The translations under genes and the position numbers were made by a program. From Eledone cirrhosa (taxonomy: Eukaryota): a DNA stretch of 64,000 bases. A model generated the notes under the pieces. That model saw only the letters and a program-made list of their open reading frames with translations. It ran no database searches and was not told the DNA's origin. This document shows positions 12,216 through 24,939 of the stretch, piece after piece. The DNA is taken from the NCBI GenBank assembly GCA_964016885.1, contig OZ024743.1, positions 52,514,001-52,578,000 of the forward strand, read 5' to 3'. The stretch's first letter is position 1, and every line of letters starts with the position of its first letter.

Positions 12216-12293
12216 GAGGGTGTCCCCCCAAAATATATACATACTTGCCTGTACAGGTAATCAAAGTGTGTATACATTTTTGGGGACATCCTG
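12216..12293. mobile_element. Tiny Tc1/mariner-type MITE
   Basis: TA-GAGGGTGTCCCCCCAAAA...TTTTTGGGGACATCCTG-TA inverted termini with TA flanks. Confidence 0.75.
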
Positions 12294-12624
12294 TATATAT
12301 ATATATATAAATATTAATTCAAGTTGATTCGATGACCATTAAAAGTTTTTGACACGACTCTTGAACTGAAAGGATAATAGAAAATGTCTTCCTAGATTTG
12401 AGAGTGAGGTAGGAAGTGGGTGAGGAGGGTTGTGCTCTGGGTACAACAAATTGTTCTAGTAGTGACGTGGGTATGTGGGTGACAGCTAGGGGTGTTAGGG
12501 TAAAGGGTATCCGTGTGTGTACATGTGTGTCAGACAGTTTTCACTTAGAAGACTTCTGTATGTGTAGTGCTTTCCATATTGGTGCCGAAGACTTGAGTGT
12601 GAGGGTGGTGGGGGGGGGGGGGGG

Positions 12625-12966
12625 TAGAGGGTCAGTGACAGTGGGGTGGTGTTAGAGAGGTCAGTGACAGTGGTGGTGGAGGTAGAGGGGTCAGTGACAG
12701 TTGGGTGGTAGTGACGTTAGAGGGGTCAGTGACAGTGGGGTGGTAGTGGCGTTAGAGGGTCAGTGACGGTGGTGGTGGTGGTGGTAGAGGGGTCAGTGAG
12801 TGTGGGGTGGTGGTGTTAGAGGGGTCAGTGACAGGGAGGGTAGTGGCGTTTGAGGGGTCAGTGAGTGCGGAGTGGTGGCGTTAGAGGGGTCAGTGACAGG
12901 GGGGGGGGGGGGGCGTTAGAGGGGTCAGTGACAGTGGGGTGGTGTTAGAGGGGTCAGTGACAGTGG
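12625..12966. repeat. G-rich minisatellite (GTTAGAGGGGTCAGTGACAGTGGGGTGGT-like, ~30 bp)
   Basis: About 11 degenerate tandem units are visible. Confidence 0.9.
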
Positions 12967-13239
12967 TGCCAACGGGAATGGTGACAGCGGTGGTAGTCTT
13001 GCTGTGGAGGATGTACATAGTATTGGGCAGTGGTAGTGATTATTAGAACAGTATTGATACTGTTTGACAGTTTGTGAAGGTATAATGTAGTCGTGTATTA
13101 GTCGTAGTTGCCCAAGTCAACCCTGATTAAAGGCATTCCAGTCGTGACCATCCCGTCTTTTTAAGACTTATGTGATCATGACGATGATGATGATGATGGC
13201 GATGACTTCGATACGAAAATACATTAAATTAAAAGTCGG

Positions 13240-13560
13240 GTCCACTCTGTCCTCCCAGTCTGGTCTGGCTGATCTGAGATCAGCAGATCCCCAGCGACCG
13301 CATGGAAATGCCTTTGTTTTGTTTTGTTCCGTCCTGATCCCAGCCCTTCCACCAAGCTCTCTTCTCCTGGCTTACATGACAGTTTACCTTGAATGTGCTG
13401 GTGGCCTGCTGGATGGTGCAGCACCAAGCATTGTGGTCAGCAGCCAGGCAGGTCTATTGCTGGGAGTTGGTGTTATATGTTTTCATGGTCTTTTTTAACA
13501 TGTCTTTATCCCTCTTCTTGAGCACACTGCTGTTTCGACTTCCAGAAGACAATACTCTGC
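13240..13560 (-). mobile_element. Degenerate RTE LINE 3' end
   Basis: The minus strand reads LSSGSRNSSVLKKRDKDMLKKTMK..LAADHNAWCCTIQQATSTF..FPCGR, resembling the RTE C-terminus (PKKRYKD.LK..LA.DR..WR..FPC). Multiple stops. Confidence 0.6.
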
Positions 13561-13637
13561 GGAATATATTATCTAACAAGTTCTTTAAGACGGCGGGGAG
13601 TGATTTCACTGTTATTTATTTCTATTTGGTTCAGCAA

Positions 13638-13798
13638 CCACGTAGAGCAATGGTTCCCTGCCCCCACGTAGAACAGTGGTTCTCTTCCCCCACGTAGACC
13701 AGTGGTTCCCTGCCCCCACGTAGAGAAATGGTTCCTTTCCCCCCACGTAGAGCAGTGGTTCCCTGCCCCCACGTAGAGCAGTGGTTCCCTGCCCCACC
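13638..13798. repeat. Minisatellite, ~26-bp unit CCCCCACGTAGAGCAGTGGTTCCCTG, ~6 copies
   Basis: Directly visible tandem units. Confidence 0.9.
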
Positions 13799-14604
13799 AT
13801 GACACTTCAGATCATTTGTTCCAACCTTCTTATTGTCATAACACATAATTTCATCTTCGCCATATTTCTCGTCTCATTCCCGCTCTCCCCTTAATATGTA
13901 ACATATCTATTATATCAAAGTACTAATAATGGATTACATGTGGTGTAAATTGTCGGTCAGGCTGGGAAAAGGCGAGGGTAAGAGTGTTTGTGCGATAAAA
14001 CGAGACAAAATTAAATTTTATTTAAAAATTTCACTTCTTTATGGGTGGGTGGGGGGCACAGTGATGGTGGCGTAGACATTTTCTTTTTTAAGCTTACACT
14101 GTTTAAAAATATATTGTTTATTATCAAATTATAAATGAGTAAAATATTCCATTTTAGAAGTTTCAGTAATCTCTTATTGTGTATATTATAAAGCGTGAAA
14201 CTAATAAGACTTTTTATACCTCTGTTGAGTTGTTTCCTTGAACTGAGTTCTTGTCGCTTCAACAGCTAGTTCTAGACTGGAACTAGCTGTTGGGGGTCCC
14301 GACTCATTATAATATAACCATACTCTACTACACCAAGTGAGGTATGGTCTAACCAGTTTCAAACTGAATCCATCCTGATTTATATATATATATATATATA
14401 TTAGTTCTTTCGTTGTTTTTGGTATTGTATGGCTTGGTTTTGACTACGGCGTAATTCGGGCTGTTTGTTTGTTTACAAACAAACCGAGCATAATAAATGT
14501 TCGGTAAACCAATACGTGCATATATATATGTGTGCATGTATGTATATATATACATACTACTGTACGTCTGTATACATATATGCGTGTACGTATACATACA
14601 TACT

Positions 14605-14686
<82 letters not shown>

Positions 14687-17600
14687 CTTATGAAATACTT
14701 AAATTGACATATTTAACCGTGGAATTTCGGCGTCAACAAGTTTGGTGTTAAAAAAGATAGAATATATAATATTTAGGTTTCTGGTGTAGGACGAGCACCC
14801 CACGTTCATGACCCCCCATCACCACTCCCACCACAAGCATCTCCTATAGCCTGGAGGTCATTCAGGCACTGTACCAGATGACCGAACATTTTTTCCTATC
14901 CACCTTTTACTATCCTACACTTAAAAGGTCCTTTGTCATCAATTTATCATCTTTATCCCGATGTAGAATGACAGCTGTGACTGTTGTTGTTATTGTTGGT
15001 GTTTGTGGTTGTAGACCTACGTATACATATATTATGATAAGTAGACATACAACACCACAAGAGTGTTTACAGTAATTCTGTCTTTCTTGTATGTGTGAGG
15101 CAGGGGAGGGGTAGTGTGAAGGTAGTAAAGAGGAAAATAGGGAACTTTCTCAGTAAAAGCCAATGTTTGTGAATCGTGAAGATAAGAGGATTTACATAGT
15201 TTAGGAACTAAACTATAGGTAATAACTGACTCACTTCTGTGTCGGTGGTCTCCACTGAAGTCTTCAGTATTCTCGGTCCCTAGTCTGCCGTTTCCTTCCA
15301 CCAGAGAGACCTCATGTGTCCTCGGTCCCTAGACTGCCGTTTCTTTCCACCAGAGAGACCTCTTATGTCCTCGGTCCCTAGACTGCCGTTTTCCTCCACT
15401 AACTACTGTGATCCCAAGTGTCCTCAATTTCTGGACTACCACAGAGGAGCGGATGATGACTAAAACCCCGATATTGTCAGTTTTGTGTCAGTGATCACTA
15501 TTTAGGAATGGTTGATGTAACGGGTATAACTGTCTGTTTTTTTGCGACAATGTTCTTGCTATATTGTGTGTAGAGTCTACAGTGTCGGATTTAGGACAGA
15601 TGAGGTCCTGTACCAGCTAAGAGCCCCCAAACATTTAAAAAATTCATCGGAAAAATGTTTTTTGGCAGAAAGATGTCCCCCTCCCGGCCAACGAGGCCCT
15701 GTGCTTAACCACAATGGTTTGCTCTGTCCCCATTTCTTTTTGCCCTTCACATAGTTAGTTTAGGGCCGAATCTTTCTTCAAAGTTGACGAAGCGAAATAT
15801 ATCAGTCGCCAAATATCACAGCCTCAGCTTGCTTCTTTTCCACTATCACCCCATTACTACTACTACTGGCACTACTACTACTACCACCACCACTACCACC
15901 ACAACAGTTCTCACTACTTTCTCTCAGTTCTTTCCCTATCTTCATTCAACTTGTCATAATTCATTCCTTTAACCTATCGTCTGCTCCCACCACAAACCTT
16001 TCACCTATCGTCTGCTCCCACCACAAACCTTTCACCTATCGTCTGCTCCCACCACAAACCCCTTTAGTCTTCACTCTAACTTAGAATAATCCTATTTATC
16101 TATCTGTCTATTTAACCCACCCACCCACCTGCCTTCCTACCCATCTCCCTAGCAATGACCACCCCACCGTTCATGTGACTATCTCCGCTATCTCCCTAGC
16201 AATGACCACCCCACCGTTCATGTGAATATCTCCGTCACTCAAGAGTCACGTACTAGTTAGGATTTATTCAAAGCTGAACTCTTTAACATCCGGTCATCAC
16301 ATTTGACAGTGACTCCCTTCTGTGGAGTGGGTGGGGTTTTTCTCTAGCTCTACATTTCAGAATGGATGCGAGCACAACCAAAGTTCACTTCACATTTATG
16401 AGGTACTTAGTGGGGATTAAGAGGTGGTAATGAGTGAGCAGTAACTAGAGGCCTTCACAATATTTAAAGGGCCCCATATAATACCATAAATAATATACAA
16501 GAGTTTTAATAAAATGTTCAGTCAGTGCCACAATACAAGATTAATCCACCGACATAAAACTTACGGCTCAGTATTTACCGATGATGTTGATCTTTTCTTC
16601 GGGTTATAGCAACTGTCGCTCAGAGAGTGGGATTGACTCAGTGCACAGTGTTTCCTCACTTTAAGAATAATCTTCACGCACAGGCATTGCACGATAGCAT
16701 CAATTAATAATTATTAATAATGTTATATCGTGCAATGGTCATACTCGATAACGAGGGGGCAGCCATCATCATGTATGTATATATGTTCTAAGTTTTAGGC
16801 CACAGGTTTTCACCTAGGTTGTTGTATAGGACTTCATCTGAAAAGTATATATGTTCTAAGTTATAGGCCACAGGTTTTCACCTAGGTTGTTGTATAGGAC
16901 TTCATCTGAAAAGAGGTTGACAGGTTGTGAAACGTTTTCTGACATTTCTTATAAAAAGTTTCCTCCACAGTAAATTCTGTTTTATTTTTATTTTAAGAAT
17001 TCGAAACAGTGGAATTCTTTTCTTTTTAATTCAGCAAAAAACACCAACGATTAATAATATTGTATGATGTGGTGGGTTTTGTGGGGTTGTGTCTGACTGA
17101 GCTGTAGCCAGAGGCTCCACGTTATATAAAAGGACACAAATAATAGGTGAGGGCTCCGATAACAGTCAGGGGTCTCCATACAAAGTTATTTCGACTCTGA
17201 GTGTAAAGCCCCAAGCATTGTAACCGACATTGCAAAATTTATTGATGAGAAAGTAATTAATTTTGAGGAATTCTGTAAATTAATACAGTATTTTGGCGAG
17301 AAAAAAAAAGTATGCGTTCCCAGAAATATAAAAGAAAAAAACTATAAATGTAATTTCTATTTTAGGCTACAATTTGTTTCACTGCTTGATTAGGAAGGGA
17401 GGGACAAGGTCCACGCTTCTTTATTCAGGTCACGAGCATTGCCTCTTTTCTGAATTAATTCGTAAAAGTAAGGGTTTAGAAGATCCTTCAGTCACGTTAA
17501 GGATAATAGGAATTTCTCTAGTTCCACGAATAACGAATCCTGTACACTCTGTAAAGTGGTTCGTGATAGGAAGAGCACCCGGCTGTAAAGATCATGCCAA

Positions 17601-17714
17601 AACTGGAGCATATATAAGGATGATGTGGTCCTCTGTCGGTCTGGGAGGACAGTAACTGACTTCTTCTGTGACCAGCCGTCCAACTCATGGAAAACGTTAA
17701 ATGATTATATAATG

Positions 17715-17925
17715 ATGGTTTCTGATTTAGGTACAAGGTCAGCAATTTGGAGGAAAGAGAAAAGTCGATTAAACCAATCCCAGTGTATTACTGGTACTTT
17801 ATTTTATCGACCCCGTAAGGATAAAAGGCAAAGTTAACTTTGGCAGGATTTGAACTCAGAATGGAAAGGGCCGTAACTCTATGCGTCAAAGCATGGCGTC
17901 CGACCCTCTACCAATACTGCCAATA
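17715..17925 (-). mobile_element. Family A SINE
   Basis: Reverse complement of the 3120 family (TTATCGACCCCGTAAGG...GGATTTGAACTCAG...CCGACCCTCTACCAATACTGCCAAT). Confidence 0.9.
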
Positions 17926-18720
17926 ATGGTGATGAAATTATAATTAAAATAAAATTGGATAAATTTTCTTTCTAGAGTTTCCTCTTAACAAAATTCTCTT
18001 GTGTCACCGTCAACACTACACCAAACTCTACACCATACATTTTGTGGTACACACCATATAGCTCACAGTATGACTACACAAGACACGGCTCCCATACCAC
18101 TCTTACATTACAGTCTAATTATAGATTTTGGCTGGGTTGTATATTTTTTAATTAACATGCCCTTTGTTAATCACTGATTTTGGGGTGGATATGAGAGAAA
18201 ACGGTAATTACTCCACAGTTCGATATTTGCTTTAGGAAGTCGCTTTTAATGAACAAGTTATTAAAAGAAAAACTCAATCAATGATTCTTAGATCACCTCT
18301 CACGAGTTATGTTTCTGATTTCAAGACGTTGTCATAGCTGCTGCTGGTAATACTGATGGTGGAGAGTTATATGTTTGTGTGTGTGTGTGTGTGTGTGTGA
18401 GCGCGTGTGTGTGTATGTATGTGTTTGTGTGCGTGCGAGCGTGTGTTTGTGTGTATCTACATAATATTCTGTCAACATCACAGATATATACATATATATA
18501 TAGTGGTTTCTTATATTATATATATATATATATATATACATAGTGGTTTCTTATATTATATATATATAGTAATAATAATAAATGTGAAGACTAAAATCCA
18601 AAGAGGGCTCGATAAGGATAAATATATATAAAATATATAAGAACCCTAGAACAAATATTTATTAAAATAACAGATTAAAGGGTGAAAGCAGCGATTCTTT
18701 GCTTAAACTTTAATCTGTTA

Positions 18721-18800
<80 letters not shown>

Positions 18801-18868
18801 ACTTGACTTTTAACGGTCTGAAGAATGAAAGTAAATTTATTTTCATTTTCAACGTCATGAAAATGAAA

Positions 18869-20110
18869 CTACATTTTAAAAAATGACATATTTAAACGTT
18901 TGTTGCATATAAATTTAAATTTACCAACCTTATTAAAATCTTTACTACACCTCACCTTGTAAATCGCTCCAATACAGTTTAGCATTTCGCCAAACTTGTT
19001 GGCACTAACTCTCTGCCGCCAAAGAAATTCAGCTAGATATGAGGGGAATAAAGCATTGTTGGTCCCATGCTGGCGACGAAACTTCTTCTTCGCACGGCTC
19101 CACGTGTTCTCTATGAGTTGTGTGTGCACATCAGGGTCTGCAGGATCGACAAAGTTCCGTTGGTGCACCACAACATCATGGAGGTAAATACCACCTTCAA
19201 TTTCTTCAATTTCCGAATAGGAAGCCCAACCATCGGAGATGATGCGGCTGCCTGGCAAAATCCACTGCTGAATAATGGGGACGAGAGTCTCACGGCTTCG
19301 ATCTGGGACTTCTACAAAACAGCAGTGTCCAGAATGGCGTTCAACAGCGCCGAAGACCCAGTGGCCTTGTCTCCACTGGCCACGATGATACTTTCTATGG
19401 AAGTATTTCGATTCGTCGATCTCTACAATGATCGACTCACCATTGTCATCGAAGTCCCCAAGTTGTTGAGGATTTGCCTCCAAATACTGCTCACAAATTT
19501 CTCTAATAAAATGGCACCAGTCTATAACTGTCGGTGCGGAGAGTCTCGTTTCTCTAATGATCTGAACTTGTGCCTGATCATAGCACCACATGTATAAAAT
19601 ACCAATAATTGTTTCTACTTTTTGGCACAAGGCCAGCAATTACCCAGTGTATTACTGGTACTTTATTTTATCGACCCCGTAAGGATGACAGGCAAAGTCA
19701 ACCTCAGCGGGGTTTGAACTCAAATCGTTAAGGGACGTAACTATGCTGGAAAGCATGGCGTCCGACCCTCTACCGATACTGCCAATCCTGGTATAAAATA
19801 CCAATAATGTGATCCAGTCGCACATGGCTTCGTTCGAAAAAAGAATTCCGTCGCACCGATTGACTGGATTTGTCGCGGTTGCAGCGCCGGCTCCATTTAT
19901 CGACACCCTCAGAATATCGTTGCAATCGGTACGCCTCATTACAAACAGGACAATTGACACTGTTTGCCAACAAACGCCGTCTCGCCAACACAGAGTGTCA
20001 CCGTGTATCGCAGGTATTAGTGTATATATTGTTTCATTATGATTAAGGATATCATTTGTATCGAAAATATCATCAGCTAAGGTACTGCGACCATATACTC
20101 GTCCAGACAT
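18869..20110 (-). pseudogene. Merlin transposase pseudogene (frameshift near 19990 and SINE insertion at 19610-19790)
   Basis: ORFs 19652-20110 (N-terminus), 19770-19991 and 18869-19639 join. Removing the SINE plus one TSD copy gives the in-frame ...LDHIIGILY-MWCYDQAQ... Confidence 0.88.
19610..19790 (-). mobile_element. Family A SINE inserted in the Merlin transposase, 18-bp TSD
   Basis: GTATAAAATACCAATAAT at 19592-19609 and 19791-19808. Confidence 0.95.
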
Positions 20111-20607
20111 ATTTGATATGAGATTGTAGTAAAATCGTGCCCTCTGGTGCTTTGTTTTAAAAACAGACTATTCTCTGCCCTTCTCACCCCAATCCGTTCT
20201 CATTCTCTGCCCTTTTTATGACCCCAGTCCGTTCTGCTATGGCTTGAATCAAGCCATAACAGAACGGACAGTATCAACAACAACATTTACAATCGAAAAT
20301 GAAAATAATTAATGACAATAAATGTAGTTTCATTTTCATGACGTTGAAAATGAAGTTAAAAAAACTCACGTTAATCCCCTGTAATTTAGTGAGCTCAAGG
20401 AGTAGATACCGGGCTCTTTATAAGACAGTATATAGAGAAGAAAACATAAAGAGGTGTTTTCAATTATAGGGGGTAGATAACGACTAGAGTGAAAAACAAA
20501 GTCTACGTAAGGAGTGGAAAATACATATCAATTAAAAGAATAAAGTAAAATGCACAAACCAGTAGTTATCTATTCTCTATAATTGAAAACATACCTGTGT
20601 TGTCTTG

Positions 20608-20609
<2 letters not shown>

Positions 20610-20706
<97 letters not shown>

Positions 20707-20775
20707 ATATTATATATATATATTATATATATATATATATTATATATATTATATATATATATTATATATATATAT

Positions 20776-20809
<34 letters not shown>

Positions 20810-21359
20810 ATTATATATATATATATTATATATATATATTATATATATATATTATATATATATATTATATATATATATATTATATATATATATTATATAT
20901 ATATATATTATATATACATTATATATATATATTATATATATATATTATATATATATATTATATATATATATATATTATATAGTAATAATAAAATTGAAGA
21001 CTAAAATTTGCTTAAACTTTAATCTGTTATTTTAATAAATATATATTATATATATATTATAAATATATATATAATATATATATATAATATATATATATAA
21101 TATATATATATATAATATATATATATATAATATATATATATATATAAAATATATATATAATATATATATATAATATATATATATAATATATATATATAAT
21201 ATATAATATATATATATAATATATATATATAATATATATATATATATAATATATATATATAATATATATAATATATATATATATAATATATATATATAAT
21301 ATATATATATATAATATATATATATAATATATATATAATATATATAATATATATATAAT

Positions 21360-21403
<44 letters not shown>

Positions 21404-21902
21404 ATATATAATATATATATATAATATATACATATATATAATATATATAATATATATATAATATATATATAATATATATATAATATATATAAAATATACA
21501 TAATATATATATAATATATATAATATATACATATATATAATATATATATAATATATACATATATATAATATATATATAATATATATAATATATACATATA
21601 TATATAATATATACATATATATAATATATATATAATATATATAATATATATATAATATATATATAATATATATATAATATATACATATATATAATATATA
21701 TAATATATATATAATATATATAATATATACATATATATAATATATATATAATATATATATAAATATATATATATATACATATATATAATATATATATAAT
21801 ATATATAATATATATAATATATATAATATATACATATATATAATATATATAATATATATATATATATTATATATATATATATATAATATATATATATATA
21901 TA

Positions 21903-21947
<45 letters not shown>

Positions 21948-22027
21948 ATATATTATATATATATTATATATATATTATATATATATATTATATATATATA
22001 TATTATATATATATTATATATATATAT

Positions 22028-22059
<32 letters not shown>

Positions 22060-22128
22060 ATATTATATATATATATTACATATATATATATATAATATAT
22101 ATATATATATTATATATATATTATATAT

Positions 22129-22192
<64 letters not shown>

Positions 22193-22211
22193 AATATATA
22201 TTATATATATA

Positions 22212-22277
<66 letters not shown>

Positions 22278-22591
22278 TATATATTATATATATATATATA
22301 TATTATATATATATATATTATATACTAACAGGTTCTCAATAAAATTATTCTGATGAAATGACAGTTGATAATACACATTGAAATATTGAATGTCTGCATA
22401 ACTAATACTTTGTAGATAGCAGCTGTTTTCAGGTTATGTAACTGTTATTGAAACACGTGTCAATAAATTCCTTTTAACTGAACTGTATCCATTTAAATCC
22501 TTCTATATATTATATATATATATATATATTATATATATATATATTATATATATATATATTATATATATATATATATTATCTATATTATATA

Positions 22592-22645
<54 letters not shown>

Positions 22646-22729
22646 CTATATTATATTATATATATATATATATAATTATATATATATATATATATAATTA
22701 TATATATATATATATATTATATATATATA

Positions 22730-22768
<39 letters not shown>
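20610..22768. repeat. (CT)n followed by long interrupted (TA)n microsatellites
   Basis: Directly visible. Source of the poly-IY ORFs. Confidence 0.97.
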
Positions 22769-22770
<2 letters not shown>

Positions 22771-23619
22771 CTCAAATTTCGAATTTACCGCCAAAACGGG
22801 GGTTACCTCCCTTGGAGAAAACCACGTGTCTATAGCGAAATTCACTGCTAGAACACACCGGCAGAGGCTAAAGAACGCAAGATTTGTTGAAGAAGTAAAT
22901 CCTTTGTTATTTCGTCAAAGACCATTAACTTGCAGACCCCTGCAAGCGGAATTAGTCGATCTCGGATTTACAGAAACCTAGCGTGGATGTTGTGTGTTGT
23001 ATGTGATGTATAATGTATGCTATACGATATGCATTATATATTGCATTCGGTCTCCGCGCTTGGTCCAGGTCAGTCTAAAATCTTTTCCTGAGTCCAACTA
23101 TTTTCGTCGCTATGGCAATGCGGCTGGACTGCCGATCGCTATATTTGATTTGCAAAGCTGTCTAAACGTATTGTTATTACTCTGGGGTACTATTCCCTAT
23201 CGAGTGCTAAAGCTGCATTCCGAATTTGCATTCGTTAGCTTGGCCGCAACCTAAAGCTTCGTTAATGCTGTATTAAAATTTATATATATATATATATATG
23301 TATATTGGAAAATGTGTGAGGTCATTGGTACAGTTAGGTAAAATTGATAAAAAGTAAAAGAATGACTTCATTTGTAGTTCTAAGAAATTTGACTTAATTT
23401 TACAATATTCTAATATTATGAGTTGGTAGATCTAGTAAGTTCTTTGTTAACTTCGGAGGGAAGAATTTTAAAGATTCCTGGTTAACTTTCCTAGAGAACT
23501 TTCTCGCATTCGTCGGTGGCGATTGTCAAACTGATTTCAGAGCGTACCAACATTTTGGTACCCTTGAAATATTATATATAATAAAATAAATATGGTTTTA
23601 TAAAGATAGCTTCCATTTA

Positions 23620-23680
<61 letters not shown>

Positions 23681-23891
23681 TATACATATATATCATATAT
23701 ATATATATATGCATATATATCAACATCCACACCTAGTCCTTTATCTTACTGATTAAGGTACGCATGTGTGTGTACTCTGAGTAATGGATTTGTATTTTTA
23801 ACAATACAAACTTTATTATATCATTAAGAGACGGCCGAAGCTGTACCGATTCACTTCGACTAGCTTCGTAAACACACACATACATACATAT

Positions 23892-23954
<63 letters not shown>

Positions 23955-24108
23955 AATATCTATATATGATCTGAAGGAGTGTACTATTTCACTTTCTCTA
24001 TTCTCCTATACATACATTACCCCCCCCCCTCTCTCTCTCCATCTCGATAACCTTCACTTCATTGATCAGCTTTAATTTAGAAGAAAATCAATACCCCCCC
24101 CCACAAAT

Positions 24109-24178
<70 letters not shown>

Positions 24179-24224
24179 TATTCAGAATAATAATAAATAA
24201 AGACATTCACATAATCAAAATATG

Positions 24225-24286
24225 TTTTATTATATATATTTCGAAGGTACTGTGTTGTTTTTTCAGTACGTCCTCATCAGATAAAA
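24225..24286 (-). ncRNA. Type I hammerhead ribozyme, left arm
   Basis: TTTTAT-CTGATGA-GGACGTACTG..CAGTACCTTC-GAAA-TATATA-TA-ATAAAA. Stem I 6 bp, palindromic stem III, AUA cleavage triplet. Confidence 0.72.
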
Positions 24287-24376
24287 TACATGAATTGATG
24301 TACGACATACCTCAACTGTCTTGATGGTTCAATTCCAGTCAAGACAGTTGAGGTATGTCATACATCAATTCATGTA

Positions 24377-24441
24377 TTTTATCTGACGAGGACGTACTGG
24401 AAAAACAGCACAGTAGTACCTTCGAAATATATATAATAAAA
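24377..24441 (+). ncRNA. Type I hammerhead ribozyme, right arm
   Basis: TTTTAT-CTGACGA(24383-24389)-GGACGTACT..AGTACCTTC-GAAA(24424-24427)-TATATA-TA-ATAAAA. Predicted cleavage after A24435. Confidence 0.72.
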
Positions 24442-24587
24442 CATATATTTTGATTATGTGAATGTCTTTATTTATTATTATTCTGAATAATATTAATAAC
24501 TCCAGAAAACTTTCTTGTAGAGTGCTTTTAATCTATTGTAAAACTATATTCATTGAGAAATCAATGAACCATATTAATCTTTGGTTA

Positions 24588-24626
<39 letters not shown>

Positions 24627-24710
24627 AAAGGTAAACAGAAATAACAACACAATCGGTACAGTATATAGAAGGGATATATTAGGTTAATGCTTGATATAGC
24701 AGGAAGAGGG

Positions 24711-24746
24711 TCTTAACATTTCGGACGCTAGTCCTTCATCAGAAGA
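24711..24746 (-). ncRNA. Minimal PLE-type hammerhead motif (slightly decayed)
   Basis: TCTT-CTGATGA-A-GGAC-TAGC-GTCC-GAAA-TG-TT-AAGA. Stem I TCTT/AAGA. Stem III ATGT is probably a CpG-decayed ACGT. Confidence 0.65.
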
Positions 24747-24939
24747 AATAATGAGAAATAAGATAGATTGAGGGGACGGATCAAATGGTGGTGTTGGTGG
24801 TAGTAGTGGTGGTGATGATGTTGTTGTTGTTGTTGGTGGTGGTGGTGATAGTGGTGTTGGTGATGGTGGTGGTGGTAGTAGGGTAGTGATGGTGGGGAAA
24901 GTTTCCGTTCTGTGGGACAAAGACACGAAGTTAAGATTA

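Larger units (their letters stand above)
18796..20354 (-). mobile_element. Merlin (IS1595/ISXO2-like) DNA transposon with disrupted transposase
   Basis: DDE motifs VEIDESKY, IISDGWASY and HTQLIENTWSRAK, plus N-terminal CPVC..C zinc ribbon. A perfect 35-bp inverted repeat at 18842-18876 / 20320-20354. The left end starts GGCATAC next to (TA)n. The right terminus is not clearly preserved. Confidence 0.9.
24177..24491. repeat. ~315-bp near-perfect palindrome carrying two divergent hammerhead ribozymes
   Basis: Arms 24177-24323 and 24339-24491 are reverse complements around a ~15-nt spacer. Confidence 0.92.

Noticed and set aside
14260-14292. Hairpin CAACAGCTAGTTCTAGACTGGAACTAGCTGTTG as a terminator or miRNA
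   Set aside because: Too short for a pre-miRNA, and intrinsic terminators are not applicable here. Probably a MITE remnant.
18869-19639. Bacterial IS1595 contamination or HGT
   Set aside because: Embedded in host microsatellites and interrupted by a host SINE, consistent with a eukaryotic Merlin element
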